DNA of 64,000 bases from Nitrosopumilus sp. Lineage in GTDB: Archaea; Thermoproteota; Nitrososphaeria; Nitrososphaerales; Nitrosopumilaceae. This document shows positions 21,238-31,442 of this stretch, piece after piece. Positions within the stretch are counted from its first letter, which is position 1, and each line of letters opens with the position of its first letter. The notes under the pieces were generated by a model, which saw only the letters and a program-made list of their open reading frames with translations, did not search any database and was not told the DNA's origin. The translations under genes were made by a program, and so were the position numbers. The stretch lies in contig OZ240211.1 of NCBI GenBank assembly GCA_965197525.1, forward strand, positions 1,152,001-1,216,000, read 5' to 3'.

Positions 21238-21672
21238 CTAGGCGTTTATTGGTTCTTCTAGTTTTTTTATCTCAGTTTTCGTCTGTCTTTCTAGTTTTTT
21301 CAGGTCTGCGATTCTGCGTCTATGTTTAAATTTTCTTGTCATTATTTTTATAGGTAAAATCTGTATTCTCTTCGCTTCTTTATCTGCCAATCTCTCAGAA
21401 ACAAAATCGATACTTTCTCTTATGTTTTGAGTCAGGGGGCTTTCCAAATTGATATAGTATCGCTTGGGCCCAGTTGGTTCTGAGTTTGCAGATACCGTAC
21501 CAATATTCAACAAACCTTTAGAGTATTTGTAAAAGATAGTCTTAGACATGCCCAGATCCTCAACGATCTCAGTTGCTGTAAACTTGCTTTTAGGAAAACT
21601 CATCAACAAATCAAGTATATTGATTATTGGGGATTTGCCATAGATTGCGAATATTAGCTTCTCTTGTTCCAT
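21238..21672 (-). CDS. Winged-helix DNA-binding protein
   Basis: FAIYGKSPIINILDLL...TATEIVEDLGMSKTIFYKY...YYINLESP, an archaeal wHTH pattern. Confidence 0.75.
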   Translation of the reverse strand: MEQEKLIFAIYGKSPIINILDLLMSFPKSKFTATEIVEDLGMSKTIFYKYSKGLLNIGTVSANSEPTGPKRYYINLESPLTQNIRESIDFVSERLADKEAKRIQILPIKIMTRKFKHRRRIADLKKLERQTKTEIKKLEEPINA

Positions 21673-21750
21673 TGTTTATTCATTAACTCACTATAACTTT
21701 AAACCAAACTTATAAAAATTGTGTTGTTCCATGGTACGATAAGTGTACTG

Positions 21751-22026
21751 GTGAAAAACGAGTTCAACGATGATGAATTAAAAGCTCAAATCATTTCTTA
21801 TTTATGGGATCAAGGCGCGTGGGTCAGATGTATGTTAATTATTCGAGGATGAAAAATAGATTAAGTAAAATAGTTAACAATAATGGAAAACATAGAGAAA
21901 AAAGTAAGGATGTTGTCAAGTCTTCAGTGGGTAACAGTGTTAAAAAATGGTAATACAATATCACTAAATCCACGATACAAATCAATAATTAAAGCATACA
22001 GAAATGCTCATATTTTATATGACTAA
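21751..22026 (+). pseudogene. Frameshifted small gene divergent from the HTH gene
   Basis: Joining frames gives VKNEFNDDELKAQIISYLWDQGAW/QMYVNYSRMKNRLSKIV.../KNGNTISLNPRYKSIIKAYRNAHILYD*, which needs about two frameshifts. Confidence 0.45.
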
Positions 22027-22137
22027 ATACCAAATTTACTCTATACAAACCAAAATACGTGTAGATTCTGTATTTGAGACGGGATGCGATGACATAATCA
22101 TATGTTCTAGTGGTTTTTTACAACGTGTATAGTTTAA

Positions 22138-22269
22138 TCACTGTATTCGCAGGTATTGTAGCGTATGATTTTGGATGCATTCTAATGCATAGTCTTTGTC
22201 GACTACTGCAGGTTTTTGTCTCTGCGCTGCAAGTACACGTATATCATCGTTTGTAAGAATAGCAACCAC
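22138..22269 (-). pseudogene. Truncated AbiEii nucleotidyltransferase toxin (N-terminal 43 aa)
   Basis: GTG 4 nt after the AbiEi stop: VVAILTNDDIRVLAAQRQKPAVVDKDYALECIQ...*. The xKDY motif matches AbiEii N-termini; there is no catalytic domain. Confidence 0.7.
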
Positions 22270-22273
22270 GCAC

Positions 22274-23134
22274 CTATGTTGCTGACTTTGCCTCCAAGAG
22301 GGATTCTGCAGACACGTTTACAAATAGGTTCCATTTCATGTTTGACTTTTTTTTCTTGTTTGTTGCAATTGTAGCCAAATGAGGATCCAACCAGGAACGA
22401 CCCGAACCGATCAAGTCTCGCATTTGTTCGTAAAGATCAGATGACACGTCAATCTCAAGCACATCGATCAGGTATCCTAGTCTTTTGATTACGGTGCTGT
22501 TTTTTATTTTCTTGGCATATGTCATTATCTTTTCAAAGGAGGCATCCTCTTTTGCATTCCACAAGCACTTTGCAACCTCTTCTATTCCCCCACAACATTC
22601 TGGATGATCCAGTGCATCTACAATGGTTTTTTCCTTGTCTGAGATGGCTATCATTTGTCTTGCGACCATGTAATTTTTTATACCAAAGAGTTTTGTCTTG
22701 TTTATTGTAACAAACTTGTAGCTTACTCCGTGGATCTTGACACTAGGTATTCTGCAAGCTGTTGCAACAAAGACGGTAAACGGGGTCTGCTCTGTATATC
22801 CGTAATAATTCAACGCACTCCAATACGCAATATAGTAAGAGTTTTTTTTGGCAAGATCAGCTGCTATGACAAACTCGTGTTCCGTGTATTCTGATTTGAC
22901 TCCTGCACTCAACGGCGATATAAGGTATCTTCCGTTGGTTATCAGTACAAGCCATTTTTTGTTGCAAAGTCTGTTTGCCATGACTTTGGCATAACCGTAT
23001 GAGGCACCTGTGACGCGGATAACGTCTTTTAAATTAATGATCGTCTTGCCCTCTTTTGCAAGCGTACTGAGAAGATAGGTCTCCTTTTCAGATATTCCCT
23101 TACGTATATTTTGTGTAGAATTAGTAACATCCAT
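22274..23134 (-). CDS. Type IV TA antitoxin, AbiEi family
   Basis: N-terminal wHTH; YIAYWSALNYYGYTEQ; ISDKEKTIVDALDHPECCGGIEEV; KRLGYL. Confidence 0.85.
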   Translation of the reverse strand: MDVTNSTQNIRKGISEKETYLLSTLAKEGKTIINLKDVIRVTGASYGYAKVMANRLCNKKWLVLITNGRYLISPLSAGVKSEYTEHEFVIAADLAKKNSYYIAYWSALNYYGYTEQTPFTVFVATACRIPSVKIHGVSYKFVTINKTKLFGIKNYMVARQMIAISDKEKTIVDALDHPECCGGIEEVAKCLWNAKEDASFEKIMTYAKKIKNSTVIKRLGYLIDVLEIDVSSDLYEQMRDLIGSGRSWLDPHLATIATNKKKKSNMKWNLFVNVSAESLLEAKSAT

Positions 23135-23164
23135 ATGTTACTAATATTACATAGAATATACGTA
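23101..23164. promoter_or_regulatory. 30-bp inverted repeat centred on the AbiEi start codon (putative operator)
   Basis: Arms 23101-23130 and 23135-23164 match at 26/30 (inner 11 bp perfect), with a 4-nt spacer CCAT containing the ATG. Confidence 0.8.
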
Positions 23165-23223
23165 AAAACTTTACTGGTATGGACTGAAATTATTAAGATC
23201 CTGCTCTGCAATTGCCAAAACGC

Positions 23224-23330
23224 TGCCATCAGGAATTTCTCGTCATGTTCGTTCGGAAAACGCGCTGCCTCCACATTGCCAAACTCACGATCCATGTTAG
23301 TAACCGTGCACGAGCCGTAATGAAATATCT
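23224..23330 (-). mobile_element. ISH3-family transposase relic
   Basis: Reads ARARLL/MDREFGNVEAARFPNEHDEKFLMAA, paralleling IRARRL/MDREFYSTEIIRLVSEQRHKFLMPA in the element at 47481-48778. Confidence 0.55.
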
Positions 23331-23426
23331 AAGAACCGCTACATTCAATCAAAATATTGAACAGTACCTGTTCAGAAAATCAATTGCAAAGACTTAATGA
23401 CGCCACCCTAGATTAAATTAAAACAA

Positions 23427-24434
23427 ATGGAGTTTGAAAAGAGGGCAGATAACGACTTTGAAGAAGAGTTTATACGTATATTGGTAAAAGGGAGTAAAAA
23501 TAACACATACAAGTTTGCACTTAGCAGGTTTCTTTTAGATTATAGTAATGAATACGAGTCAGACACAATACGATATGCCACAATTGCCAAATATTTTTTC
23601 AAATATTATTGGTTGCAAGAATGCAAATCCAAGCTGCGCCAGGGACCAAAGAACCAAGAACCCGAGATAATATCAATAATACGCAAAGAATTTACAGAAA
23701 ATGCATATCCACAGACATTTAAAAAACTAAAAGAAGAAGAGTTAGAAAAGATACAGAGATGTGAAGAGCAGATCGTAAAGAAATGCTTTGATGATGTGAT
23801 ACCACGATTTCAAAATACTAGAAACAATAAAGAGATGTTTTTCAAGTATTTTGCAAAAGAGTACAAGGATTCAGCTGACAACAAAAAGATTGATCAGGGA
23901 GGAGGAATACTCTTGAATTGTGATGCAATGTGTTTTTTCAGAGAGAATTATGTAGCCCTGTACAAAGTTGTAATTCTTGAATGGATACGATTTTTAGAGA
24001 TACGTAACTTTGGAACCCCAAACCTGGTGAGAAAGATTGAAAGTGACGGTATGGGTCCAAGAAACCAAGGAAGATTCCGCAAGCATCTAGAGTCGTTTGT
24101 TGATGGCGATAACTGTTTTTACTGCAAGGCCAAGCTAGAACCCGGTAAAAATACACATGTAGACCACGTAATTCCATTTGACTATATCGGGGATACGGAA
24201 CTCTGGAATATGGTATTGTCATGCCAGATATGCAACTGTGAGAAATCAGGCAATCTGCCGCCACGTAGCTATATTGAAAAGTTGCTAGAACGGAACAGTG
24301 AGCATCAATCCGATAAAAAATTACAAAATTCACTTGATGTATTGAATCACGGTCAACACGACGTTAATTGGCATTACAAAAACGCCCAAAAACACGGATA
24401 TGAAACGCTAAAAAATTTTCCAAAGAAAAGGTAA
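23427..24434 (+). CDS. HNH endonuclease with N-terminal helical recognition domain (candidate restriction nuclease)
   Basis: CFYC...HVDHVIP...WNMVLSCQICNCEKS; N-terminal NTYKFAL motif. Confidence 0.85.
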   Translation: MEFEKRADNDFEEEFIRILVKGSKNNTYKFALSRFLLDYSNEYESDTIRYATIAKYFFKYYWLQECKSKLRQGPKNQEPEIISIIRKEFTENAYPQTFKKLKEEELEKIQRCEEQIVKKCFDDVIPRFQNTRNNKEMFFKYFAKEYKDSADNKKIDQGGGILLNCDAMCFFRENYVALYKVVILEWIRFLEIRNFGTPNLVRKIESDGMGPRNQGRFRKHLESFVDGDNCFYCKAKLEPGKNTHVDHVIPFDYIGDTELWNMVLSCQICNCEKSGNLPPRSYIEKLLERNSEHQSDKKLQNSLDVLNHGQHDVNWHYKNAQKHGYETLKNFPKKR

Positions 24435-25331
24435 ATGCCTGATCAAAAATTTACCTGCAAGCAAAACACCACACACACAACAGTCAAGGAATAAAACAGC
24501 ACAGCACAAAGTCAATTACCAGTAATGTAGCAGACTTTGATACTATCCGGATTCTCGATTAGATATAATTAGTCTCAAATTAGTACAAATCTATACAAAT
24601 CAAGGCAGTATAATAATACTTGATGAATATTACTTTGATAAAACTACTGTAGTAATGTCAGGACAAAAGGAGAAATGCAGAAATTGATATTATCGTCTGC
24701 TATGAGAGAAGAGGCAGATATTCGAGACTATGGCAAGTTAAAGTAGGATTATTACGAAACGAGCATGTATTTTTGCTCAAAGCAGTGGCAAATAGAGAAG
24801 GGGCATTCAGGATATGGCAGCACTAGTTAGAGGTAGTCTAGATACAGTGCATGAATTACAACATACCTCATTTGATTGGAGTTTGGTGCGAGATGAGATG
24901 TTAAATCAAGAGACTGCTAGTCCCACAAAGAATTTTACTCCTAGCATTATGGATCAGATATCATACCTTGCAGAACAGATCGGAATAGTCGCCCATTCTT
25001 TGAGAAGTGAAAAAGACGCATAGTTGACATGTTGATTCAGCAACTGATACGTGGAGAGATTATGATGTTGACTCGTGGTGCATCAGTCATGTTGATGTAT
25101 GGATTCATCAAGCTGAGATGTATAATAGCATGAATTAAGAAATAGCATTGCAAAGATTTCATTACTGCTGATAAAGATATCGCAAAACGGCTAAAAGCTA
25201 AACAAGACGTATTTATTGAATAGTTTTTTTGTTGGGATTGTTTTTTTTTCTAGAACGTCTGCATAAACTAAATCTAAACCATTTACATAGATGTTCACTA
25301 GGATTATATTTTACCAAGAAGGAATTTCAAC

Positions 25332-26309
25332 ATGTCGTTTCCCATAAGAAGGCTCAGGAGGTTGAGAACAACATCAAAAATGCGAGAACTAGTCCAAGAG
25401 ACGACACTAACTACAAGTAACTTGATCTGTCCAATTTTTGTCCAAGAGGGACTCAAAACCAAGGCCAGAGTAGACTTGATGCCTGATATTGAGAGATTGC
25501 CGCTTGATGACATTAACGACGAGGTGGGAACTGTTGTTGATTTGGGCATACCTGCAATAATGTTGTTTGGAATTCCCAAAAACAAAGACGATGCTGGTAC
25601 ATCGGCGTTTGATGAGAATGGGATCGTACAAAGAACGATCTCTCAGATTCGGCAGAACTTTGGCGACAAGATCGTAGTAATGTCAGATGTATGCCTCTGC
25701 CAGTATACACCGATGAGTCACTGTGGAATTTTAAGCGGCGGCAAAATAGACAACGATCAGAGCGTTGATACGCTAGTAAAGGTTGCAGTAAGCCAGGCCA
25801 GGGCTGGAACTGACACTGTGTCACCATCTGCAATGATGGATGGACAAGTAGCTGCAATCAGGACGGCGCTAGATGATGAAGGCTTTACAGATGTGTCAAT
25901 CATGCCACAATCAGCAAAGCACAGCTCGTCGTTTTATTCGCCGTTTAGAGATGCTGCAGAATGCGTCCCAAAGCTAAGTGACAAGAAGACCTACCAAGTT
26001 CCTTTCACCAATGCCAGAGAGATAATGAGAGAGATTGAAGCAGATATTAACGAGGGTGCCGATATTGTGATGATAAAACCTGCACTTGCATACTTGGACC
26101 TTATTGCAGAGGCTAGAAAGAGATTCGATATTCCAGTCGCAACGTACAGCGTTTCTGGAGAATACGCCATGATCAAGGGAGCTGCAAGTCAAGGCTGGAT
26201 CAGTGAAAAAGACGCTACAATGGAGATTCTTTATTCTATAAAACGCGCAGGTGCCGACATGATAGTGACTTATTTTGCAAAATCGGCAGCAAAGTTTCTT
26301 ATGCCATGA
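25332..26309 (+). CDS. hemB: Porphobilinogen synthase (ALA dehydratase)
   Basis: DVCLCQYT..SHCG zinc site, SPSAMMDG, MIKPALAYLD, YSVSGEYAMIK. Confidence 0.97.
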   Translation: MSFPIRRLRRLRTTSKMRELVQETTLTTSNLICPIFVQEGLKTKARVDLMPDIERLPLDDINDEVGTVVDLGIPAIMLFGIPKNKDDAGTSAFDENGIVQRTISQIRQNFGDKIVVMSDVCLCQYTPMSHCGILSGGKIDNDQSVDTLVKVAVSQARAGTDTVSPSAMMDGQVAAIRTALDDEGFTDVSIMPQSAKHSSSFYSPFRDAAECVPKLSDKKTYQVPFTNAREIMREIEADINEGADIVMIKPALAYLDLIAEARKRFDIPVATYSVSGEYAMIKGAASQGWISEKDATMEILYSIKRAGADMIVTYFAKSAAKFLMP

Positions 26310-26533
26310 GATATGATGAATGTTTTGAGAGGCCCGGATATATCGACCTAGATCATCTTTATCCCTGAATGCACTTTTGACGAGCTGCAACACGAGTTCG
26401 TTTCTCTTCCAAAAAATTCCTTGTCGACTGGCAGTCAGACAAATCTCTTAGAACCTACGTCTTTGCTCTCTTTGATAATTCCTCACACTTGATAATCATA
26501 TGCTTGATACAGGTATCTACGCACGGAATGTAG

Positions 26534-26618
26534 TGCGGGAGATGGGATTTGAACCCACGAACTCCTAAAAGATAAGGATCTGAACCTTACGCCGTTGACC
26601 AGGCTGGGCGACTCCCGC
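26534..26618 (-). tRNA. tRNA-Leu (anticodon CAG), 85 nt, CCA not encoded
   Basis: GCGGGAG acceptor stem, anticodon arm TAAGG-TTCAGAT-CCTTA, long variable arm, GGTTCAAATCC T-loop. Confidence 0.95.
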
Positions 26619-26830
26619 ACTATAAAAAGTCAAAAGTCATGAATAAGTTTCTTATTGTACCAAAATACAGACTAACCTAATGGATTTCAGAGAGGTCTAC
26701 TGCTCTACCTGTAAAAAAGTGATTGGACGGTATAATACAGAATTCTACAAGGATGACAAGATACAAGAGCTGTTAAACACCAGACATTCCACGCACATAA
26801 AAGACGGCCATCGTGTAGACATCAGGAGAT

Positions 26831-27406
26831 TCAAGAAGAACCAAATAGTTTGATCTGTTTTATTGCTTGTGGCAGATCATCGACGCGATGAATTGTATTA
26901 TTACTATTATTGTTATCATCAGATATATGCAGGTTCCAAGGTTGTGTATACAGTAGCATCTTTTTGCCTTTCTCGATAAATTTTTGCGCGTTTAATGGAG
27001 AGTCGTCAATGAACACGTCATAGTCTAAATCAGCCTTCATTGGTCCGTCAATTACTGACACGTAATTATCAAAATGTATGTGATGGTGTGCCAACCACTC
27101 TTTTACAAAACTGTCTGTGGATTGTACGCGAGCTGTGACAATATCCACTTGGCCCAAGTCAGATAACAGTTTTGTAGATGCTGACAAGTCAGATTCGGTA
27201 GTCGGGATGGACATCCAATCCTCCCAACAAGCGTTTAACTCGTCGTAAAAATCATAACGGTTAACATTATACGCACTCCAAAAATTCCAGCTAGTCATCT
27301 GCTGTTTTGTTAGTTTAGATCTATTGGCTTGGCTGTTGTTATACACCAACCAAGACTGCACAACATCAGCTAACACGCCATCTACATCTAGTGCAATCCT
27401 GACCAT
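26831..27406 (-). CDS. HAD-superfamily 5'(3')-deoxyribonucleotidase-like hydrolase
   Basis: DVDGVLAD, IVTAR, FIDDSP, QPWN motifs. Confidence 0.85.
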   Translation of the reverse strand: MVRIALDVDGVLADVVQSWLVYNNSQANRSKLTKQQMTSWNFWSAYNVNRYDFYDELNACWEDWMSIPTTESDLSASTKLLSDLGQVDIVTARVQSTDSFVKEWLAHHHIHFDNYVSVIDGPMKADLDYDVFIDDSPLNAQKFIEKGKKMLLYTQPWNLHISDDNNNSNNTIHRVDDLPQAIKQIKLFGSS

Positions 27407-27408
27407 TA

Positions 27409-28488
27409 CTAATCACTTGATCTTTGAAACTCATCAAGGAGGTTCTTTTGGTGTTTGCTTAATTTTTTGGGAATGTTGACTACCAATCTGACAAACTGAT
27501 CCCCCTTGCCATGAGCTTGGATATGTGTAACTCCCTTGCCTTTTAGCTTGATTATGGTGTTTGGCTGACTCCCAGCACTAACTTTGATCTTTTCTTGGCC
27601 GTGCAGAGTTGGGACAACGATATCGCAGCCCAGTGTGACGTCAACCATGGATATATCTTGATCATAAAAGATATCACGGCCATCTCGCTTGAATTGAGTA
27701 TGGGGTTTTATCTTTACCCTGACTATAAGATCACCGTTATCACCATCAGGCACCTCGTCTCCTTCGTTAGGTACCGTGTACTCTCCTGTGTCAACGCCTG
27801 GAGGAATAGAGAATGTTACTCGTTTGTTGCCACGCCTCACGCCCTGACCTCGGCATTCACCGCACGGTGATTCAATCTCAGAGCCTTGGCCCCTGCATTT
27901 AGGACAGGTAGTCGAGGTAACAAACGAGGCAAACCCCATGGTACGTCTCTGACTTACTTGACCTTGACCATTACAGCTTGTACAGCGTTTTTTGCTTGTG
28001 CCAGGCTTGCAGCAAGTACCATTACATGCATCGCACAGGATTTGCTTTTGCATGTCAATCTCTATCTTTTTTCCATGTAGCACATCCTCCAATGTCAGAT
28101 AGGTCTCATAGAGGCGATCATCGCCTTGCTGCCGTCTCTGTTGCTGACCGAAGCCAAATCCTCCGCCTCTGCCACCACCACCGCGGCCAAACAGAGTCTC
28201 AAATATTGAATCAAACCCTCCGCCTTGTGAACCTCTAAAGATATCTTCGGTGGAATACCTGCCGTCAACACCTTGGTGACCGTGTTGATCATAGAGTTGC
28301 TTTTTTTCAGGATCAGAGATAACAGCGTATGCCTCTGAGATCTCTTTAAAATGCTCAGCCGCTTCTGAAGATTTGTTACGGTCCGGGTGAAATTTCAATG
28401 CCAGTTTTCTATACTGTTGTTTAACCTCATCGGGGGCAGACGTCTTTGTAACCCCTAAAACCTCATAATAATCACGTTTTGCACTCAT
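27409..28488 (-). CDS. dnaJ: Chaperone DnaJ
   Basis: J domain with HPD, G/F region, four CxxCxGxG-type repeats. Confidence 0.97.
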   Translation of the reverse strand: MSAKRDYYEVLGVTKTSAPDEVKQQYRKLALKFHPDRNKSSEAAEHFKEISEAYAVISDPEKKQLYDQHGHQGVDGRYSTEDIFRGSQGGGFDSIFETLFGRGGGGRGGGFGFGQQQRRQQGDDRLYETYLTLEDVLHGKKIEIDMQKQILCDACNGTCCKPGTSKKRCTSCNGQGQVSQRRTMGFASFVTSTTCPKCRGQGSEIESPCGECRGQGVRRGNKRVTFSIPPGVDTGEYTVPNEGDEVPDGDNGDLIVRVKIKPHTQFKRDGRDIFYDQDISMVDVTLGCDIVVPTLHGQEKIKVSAGSQPNTIIKLKGKGVTHIQAHGKGDQFVRLVVNIPKKLSKHQKNLLDEFQRSSD

Positions 28489-28536
28489 GAGATATACCCC
28501 GTCATATTTGTTGTATAAATGGTAGAGTTAAGAATA

Positions 28537-30561
28537 CTAGTTAGCCTTCTTCTCATCATCGGATGCTGTTGTCGATGTAGTCGATTCTCCAGTACTGTTG
28601 CCATCATTGTTAGTCTGCTGGGTTGAATCTTCTTGCTGAGTTGCACCTTGTTCTTGAGTATCATTACTATTACTATTATCATCATCATCATTACCAGTAG
28701 AACCAGATTGTCCTTGTGCGTCTCCTTCAGGTCCGCCTGACGCGCCTGCGTTTGGATCACCTGCGCCTCCACTACTACTACTACCATCACCAGCAGCAGC
28801 ATCAGCTGCTACGTTCTTGTAAAGTTCCGTAGTCACCTCATTTACTAGTGCCTGTAACGCATCTAGTTTAGGCTTTAACGCTTCAGGCTCTTTATCCAAC
28901 ACCTCTTTGACCTCTCTTACAGCATCAGTAATCTTGATGCCTTGCTCTTGGGTTATCTTGTCCTTCATATCATGATTTACCAGCTTCTCTGTAGTGTAGA
29001 TGTAACTTTCAGCCTCATTCTTTAAATCAATCTTCTCTCTCTTCTTTTTATCCTCATCAGAGAATTTCTCAGCATCTTCCTTTAGTTTCTCAATCTCGTC
29101 AGGGGATAGTTTGGATGTAGACTCGATTGTGATCTTTGCCTCTTTCTGCGTTCCCAAATCCTTTGCAGTTACATTGATGATGCCGTTTGCGTCAATATCA
29201 AACTTGACCTCAATCTGAGGCACTCCTCTAGGAGCAGGTGGGAGATCAGTAAGATTAAAGCTGCCCAATGACACGTTGTCAGTTGCCATAGGTCGCTCAC
29301 CTTGAACGACGTGTATGGTAACTGCCGTCTGGTTGTCAGCTGCAGTTGTAAAGACTTTGCTTTTAGAAGTTGGAATAGTAGTATTTCGCTCAATTAATGG
29401 CTCACGCACTCCTCCTAGCGTCTCAATTCCCAGAGTCAGCGGTGTTACGTCCAATAGTACAATATCGCTGCTCACGTCGCCTGCAATAATGCCAGCTTGG
29501 ATTGCAGCTCCCATAGCAACTGCCTCCATTGGGTCGACACCTGATTCGGTTTTTTGGCTAATTATCTTGCTTACAAACTCTCTTACCAAAGGAATACGAG
29601 TAGGTCCGCCAACCATGACAATCTTGTTAATGTTACTGGGTTCGAGTTTTGCATCCTCTAAAGCCTTTAGCACTGATGGTTTGCATCGTTCGACAATTGG
29701 TCCTATCAATTCATCTAGCTTTGCACGCGTTATTCTTATCTCTAAATTCCTGGCGCCAGTTGACGCATCGTGTGCAATAAATGGTAAATTAACATCAGTC
29801 TCCATAACAGTTGATAATTCAATCTTTGCCTTCTCTGCTGCCTCTCTGATTCGGGTAATAGCTGTGGAGTCAGATGTAAGATCAACACCTTCCTTCTTTT
29901 TGAACTCGTCTACAATATAATCAACTAAAACTTGGTCCATGTCAGTGCCACCCAACTGTGTATCACCTGACGTACTGAGAACCTCAAATACGCCGCCGCC
30001 CATCTCCATGATGGTAACATCCAAGGTACCACCACCGAAATCAAATACAAGAATCTTCATATCCTCTTTTGACTTGTCTAATCCAAACGCCAGAGATGCG
30101 GCAGTGGGTTCGTTGATGATTCTGACAACATCCAACCCTGCAATTGTACCTGCATCCTTGGTTGCCTGACGTTGATTGTCATCAAAGTATGCAGGAACGG
30201 TAATTACCACTTTGTTTATTGGTTCACCAACAAATGCTTCGGCGTCTTTTTTGATCTTTTGTAAAATGAATGCGGATATCTGCTGAGGCTTGTAGGACTT
30301 GTCAAGAACTTTAAATGTATGTTCAGTGCCCATCTTCCTCTTGGCTGCAACAATAGTGTTATCAGGATTGGTCACTGACTGGCGCCTTGCAGGTTCGCCT
30401 ACTAGAAGGTCGCCGTCTTTTCCAAAGGCAACAACTGATGGAAATGCCTTGCCGCCCACTGTGGCACCCTCTGCTGCCGGAATTATGGTAGGCTTTCCGC
30501 CCATCACAACTGCTGCCGCAGAATTGCTTGTCCCTAAATCAATACCAATAATCTTAACCAT
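28537..30561 (-). CDS. dnaK: Chaperone DnaK (Hsp70)
   Basis: [26 protein letters not shown]; long low-complexity C-terminal tail. Confidence 0.98.
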   Translation of the reverse strand: MVKIIGIDLGTSNSAAAVVMGGKPTIIPAAEGATVGGKAFPSVVAFGKDGDLLVGEPARRQSVTNPDNTIVAAKRKMGTEHTFKVLDKSYKPQQISAFILQKIKKDAEAFVGEPINKVVITVPAYFDDNQRQATKDAGTIAGLDVVRIINEPTAASLAFGLDKSKEDMKILVFDFGGGTLDVTIMEMGGGVFEVLSTSGDTQLGGTDMDQVLVDYIVDEFKKKEGVDLTSDSTAITRIREAAEKAKIELSTVMETDVNLPFIAHDASTGARNLEIRITRAKLDELIGPIVERCKPSVLKALEDAKLEPSNINKIVMVGGPTRIPLVREFVSKIISQKTESGVDPMEAVAMGAAIQAGIIAGDVSSDIVLLDVTPLTLGIETLGGVREPLIERNTTIPTSKSKVFTTAADNQTAVTIHVVQGERPMATDNVSLGSFNLTDLPPAPRGVPQIEVKFDIDANGIINVTAKDLGTQKEAKITIESTSKLSPDEIEKLKEDAEKFSDEDKKKREKIDLKNEAESYIYTTEKLVNHDMKDKITQEQGIKITDAVREVKEVLDKEPEALKPKLDALQALVNEVTTELYKNVAADAAAGDGSSSSGGAGDPNAGASGGPEGDAQGQSGSTGNDDDDNSNSNDTQEQGATQQEDSTQQTNNDGNSTGESTTSTTASDDEKKAN

Positions 30562-30570
30562 ATATCATCA

Positions 30571-31419
30571 CTACTCCTTTTTTGTTATCTCTACTAGGGT
30601 GGGTCTTATAACTATACCATTTGAGGTATAGCCTCGCCTAAGCTCTTGTGTAATAGTACCCTCATCCAAACTGGGATCAGGGACAACAGATATTGCCTCA
30701 TGAAGATGTGGATCAAATATTTCGCCTAGGGCGTCAATGTGATGGATATTATATTTACTCAAGACAGAGTCCATATTCTTTAAGATAGAATTCATGCCTT
30801 CTGTATTAATTTTGCTTTCTATAAATACGTTTTTTGCTCGCAGAAAGTCATCATAGATTTTTATAAAATCTAGTGCGAATTCGTTGAGTTTGGTACTAAT
30901 GCCAGTCTCTATATCAGAGCTGGTCTTTCGGCGAAGGTTCTGATAATCTGCAAGCGCATGTTTTAACTTTTCTTCAAACTGAGACGACTTTAGTTTCTCT
31001 TGTTGGAGTAGCTGCAATAGTTGACTGGCTGTTAGTTTTGATGGCTCTGCGTTTATGTCGTTTTGGATAGAGTCGTCATTTGTTGTAGCAGAAGGTTCTG
31101 TTACGCTGTTGTCTTGTGTGGGTGATGTATTATCATTGTTGTTATTATCATTGTTATTGTTATTGTTATTATTATTTTTATTATTATTATTCACATCTCT
31201 AGTTTGAATGACTGGAACCTCGTCACCATCTTCTTTGTCATCCTGAAAATCGTTGGTACTATCACTGTCATCAGGATTGTCACCGTCTGATGCATTCAGA
31301 GTCTGTGTATCATTTAAGATATCCCTTGCCACATCATTAGAGGACAAGTTAGTTGAAGCATCATTTACATCTCGTGTTAATGATGACGATGAACCATCAA
31401 GGTTACCTCTAGTTGACAA
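30571..31419 (-). CDS. grpE: Nucleotide exchange factor GrpE with long low-complexity N-terminus
   Basis: ADYQNLRRK, FDPHLHEAI, GYTSNGIVIRPTLV; upstream of dnaK. Confidence 0.93.
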   Translation of the reverse strand: MSTRGNLDGSSSSLTRDVNDASTNLSSNDVARDILNDTQTLNASDGDNPDDSDSTNDFQDDKEDGDEVPVIQTRDVNNNNKNNNNNNNNNDNNNNDNTSPTQDNSVTEPSATTNDDSIQNDINAEPSKLTASQLLQLLQQEKLKSSQFEEKLKHALADYQNLRRKTSSDIETGISTKLNEFALDFIKIYDDFLRAKNVFIESKINTEGMNSILKNMDSVLSKYNIHHIDALGEIFDPHLHEAISVVPDPSLDEGTITQELRRGYTSNGIVIRPTLVEITKKE

Positions 31420-31442
31420 CTCAACATGAATAGCAATTATAG

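Noticed and set aside
26340-26620. tRNA-Leu as the integration site of the defence island
   Set aside because: hemB lies between the island and the tRNA, no duplicated tRNA 3' end was found near 16800 or 25300, and there is no integrase.
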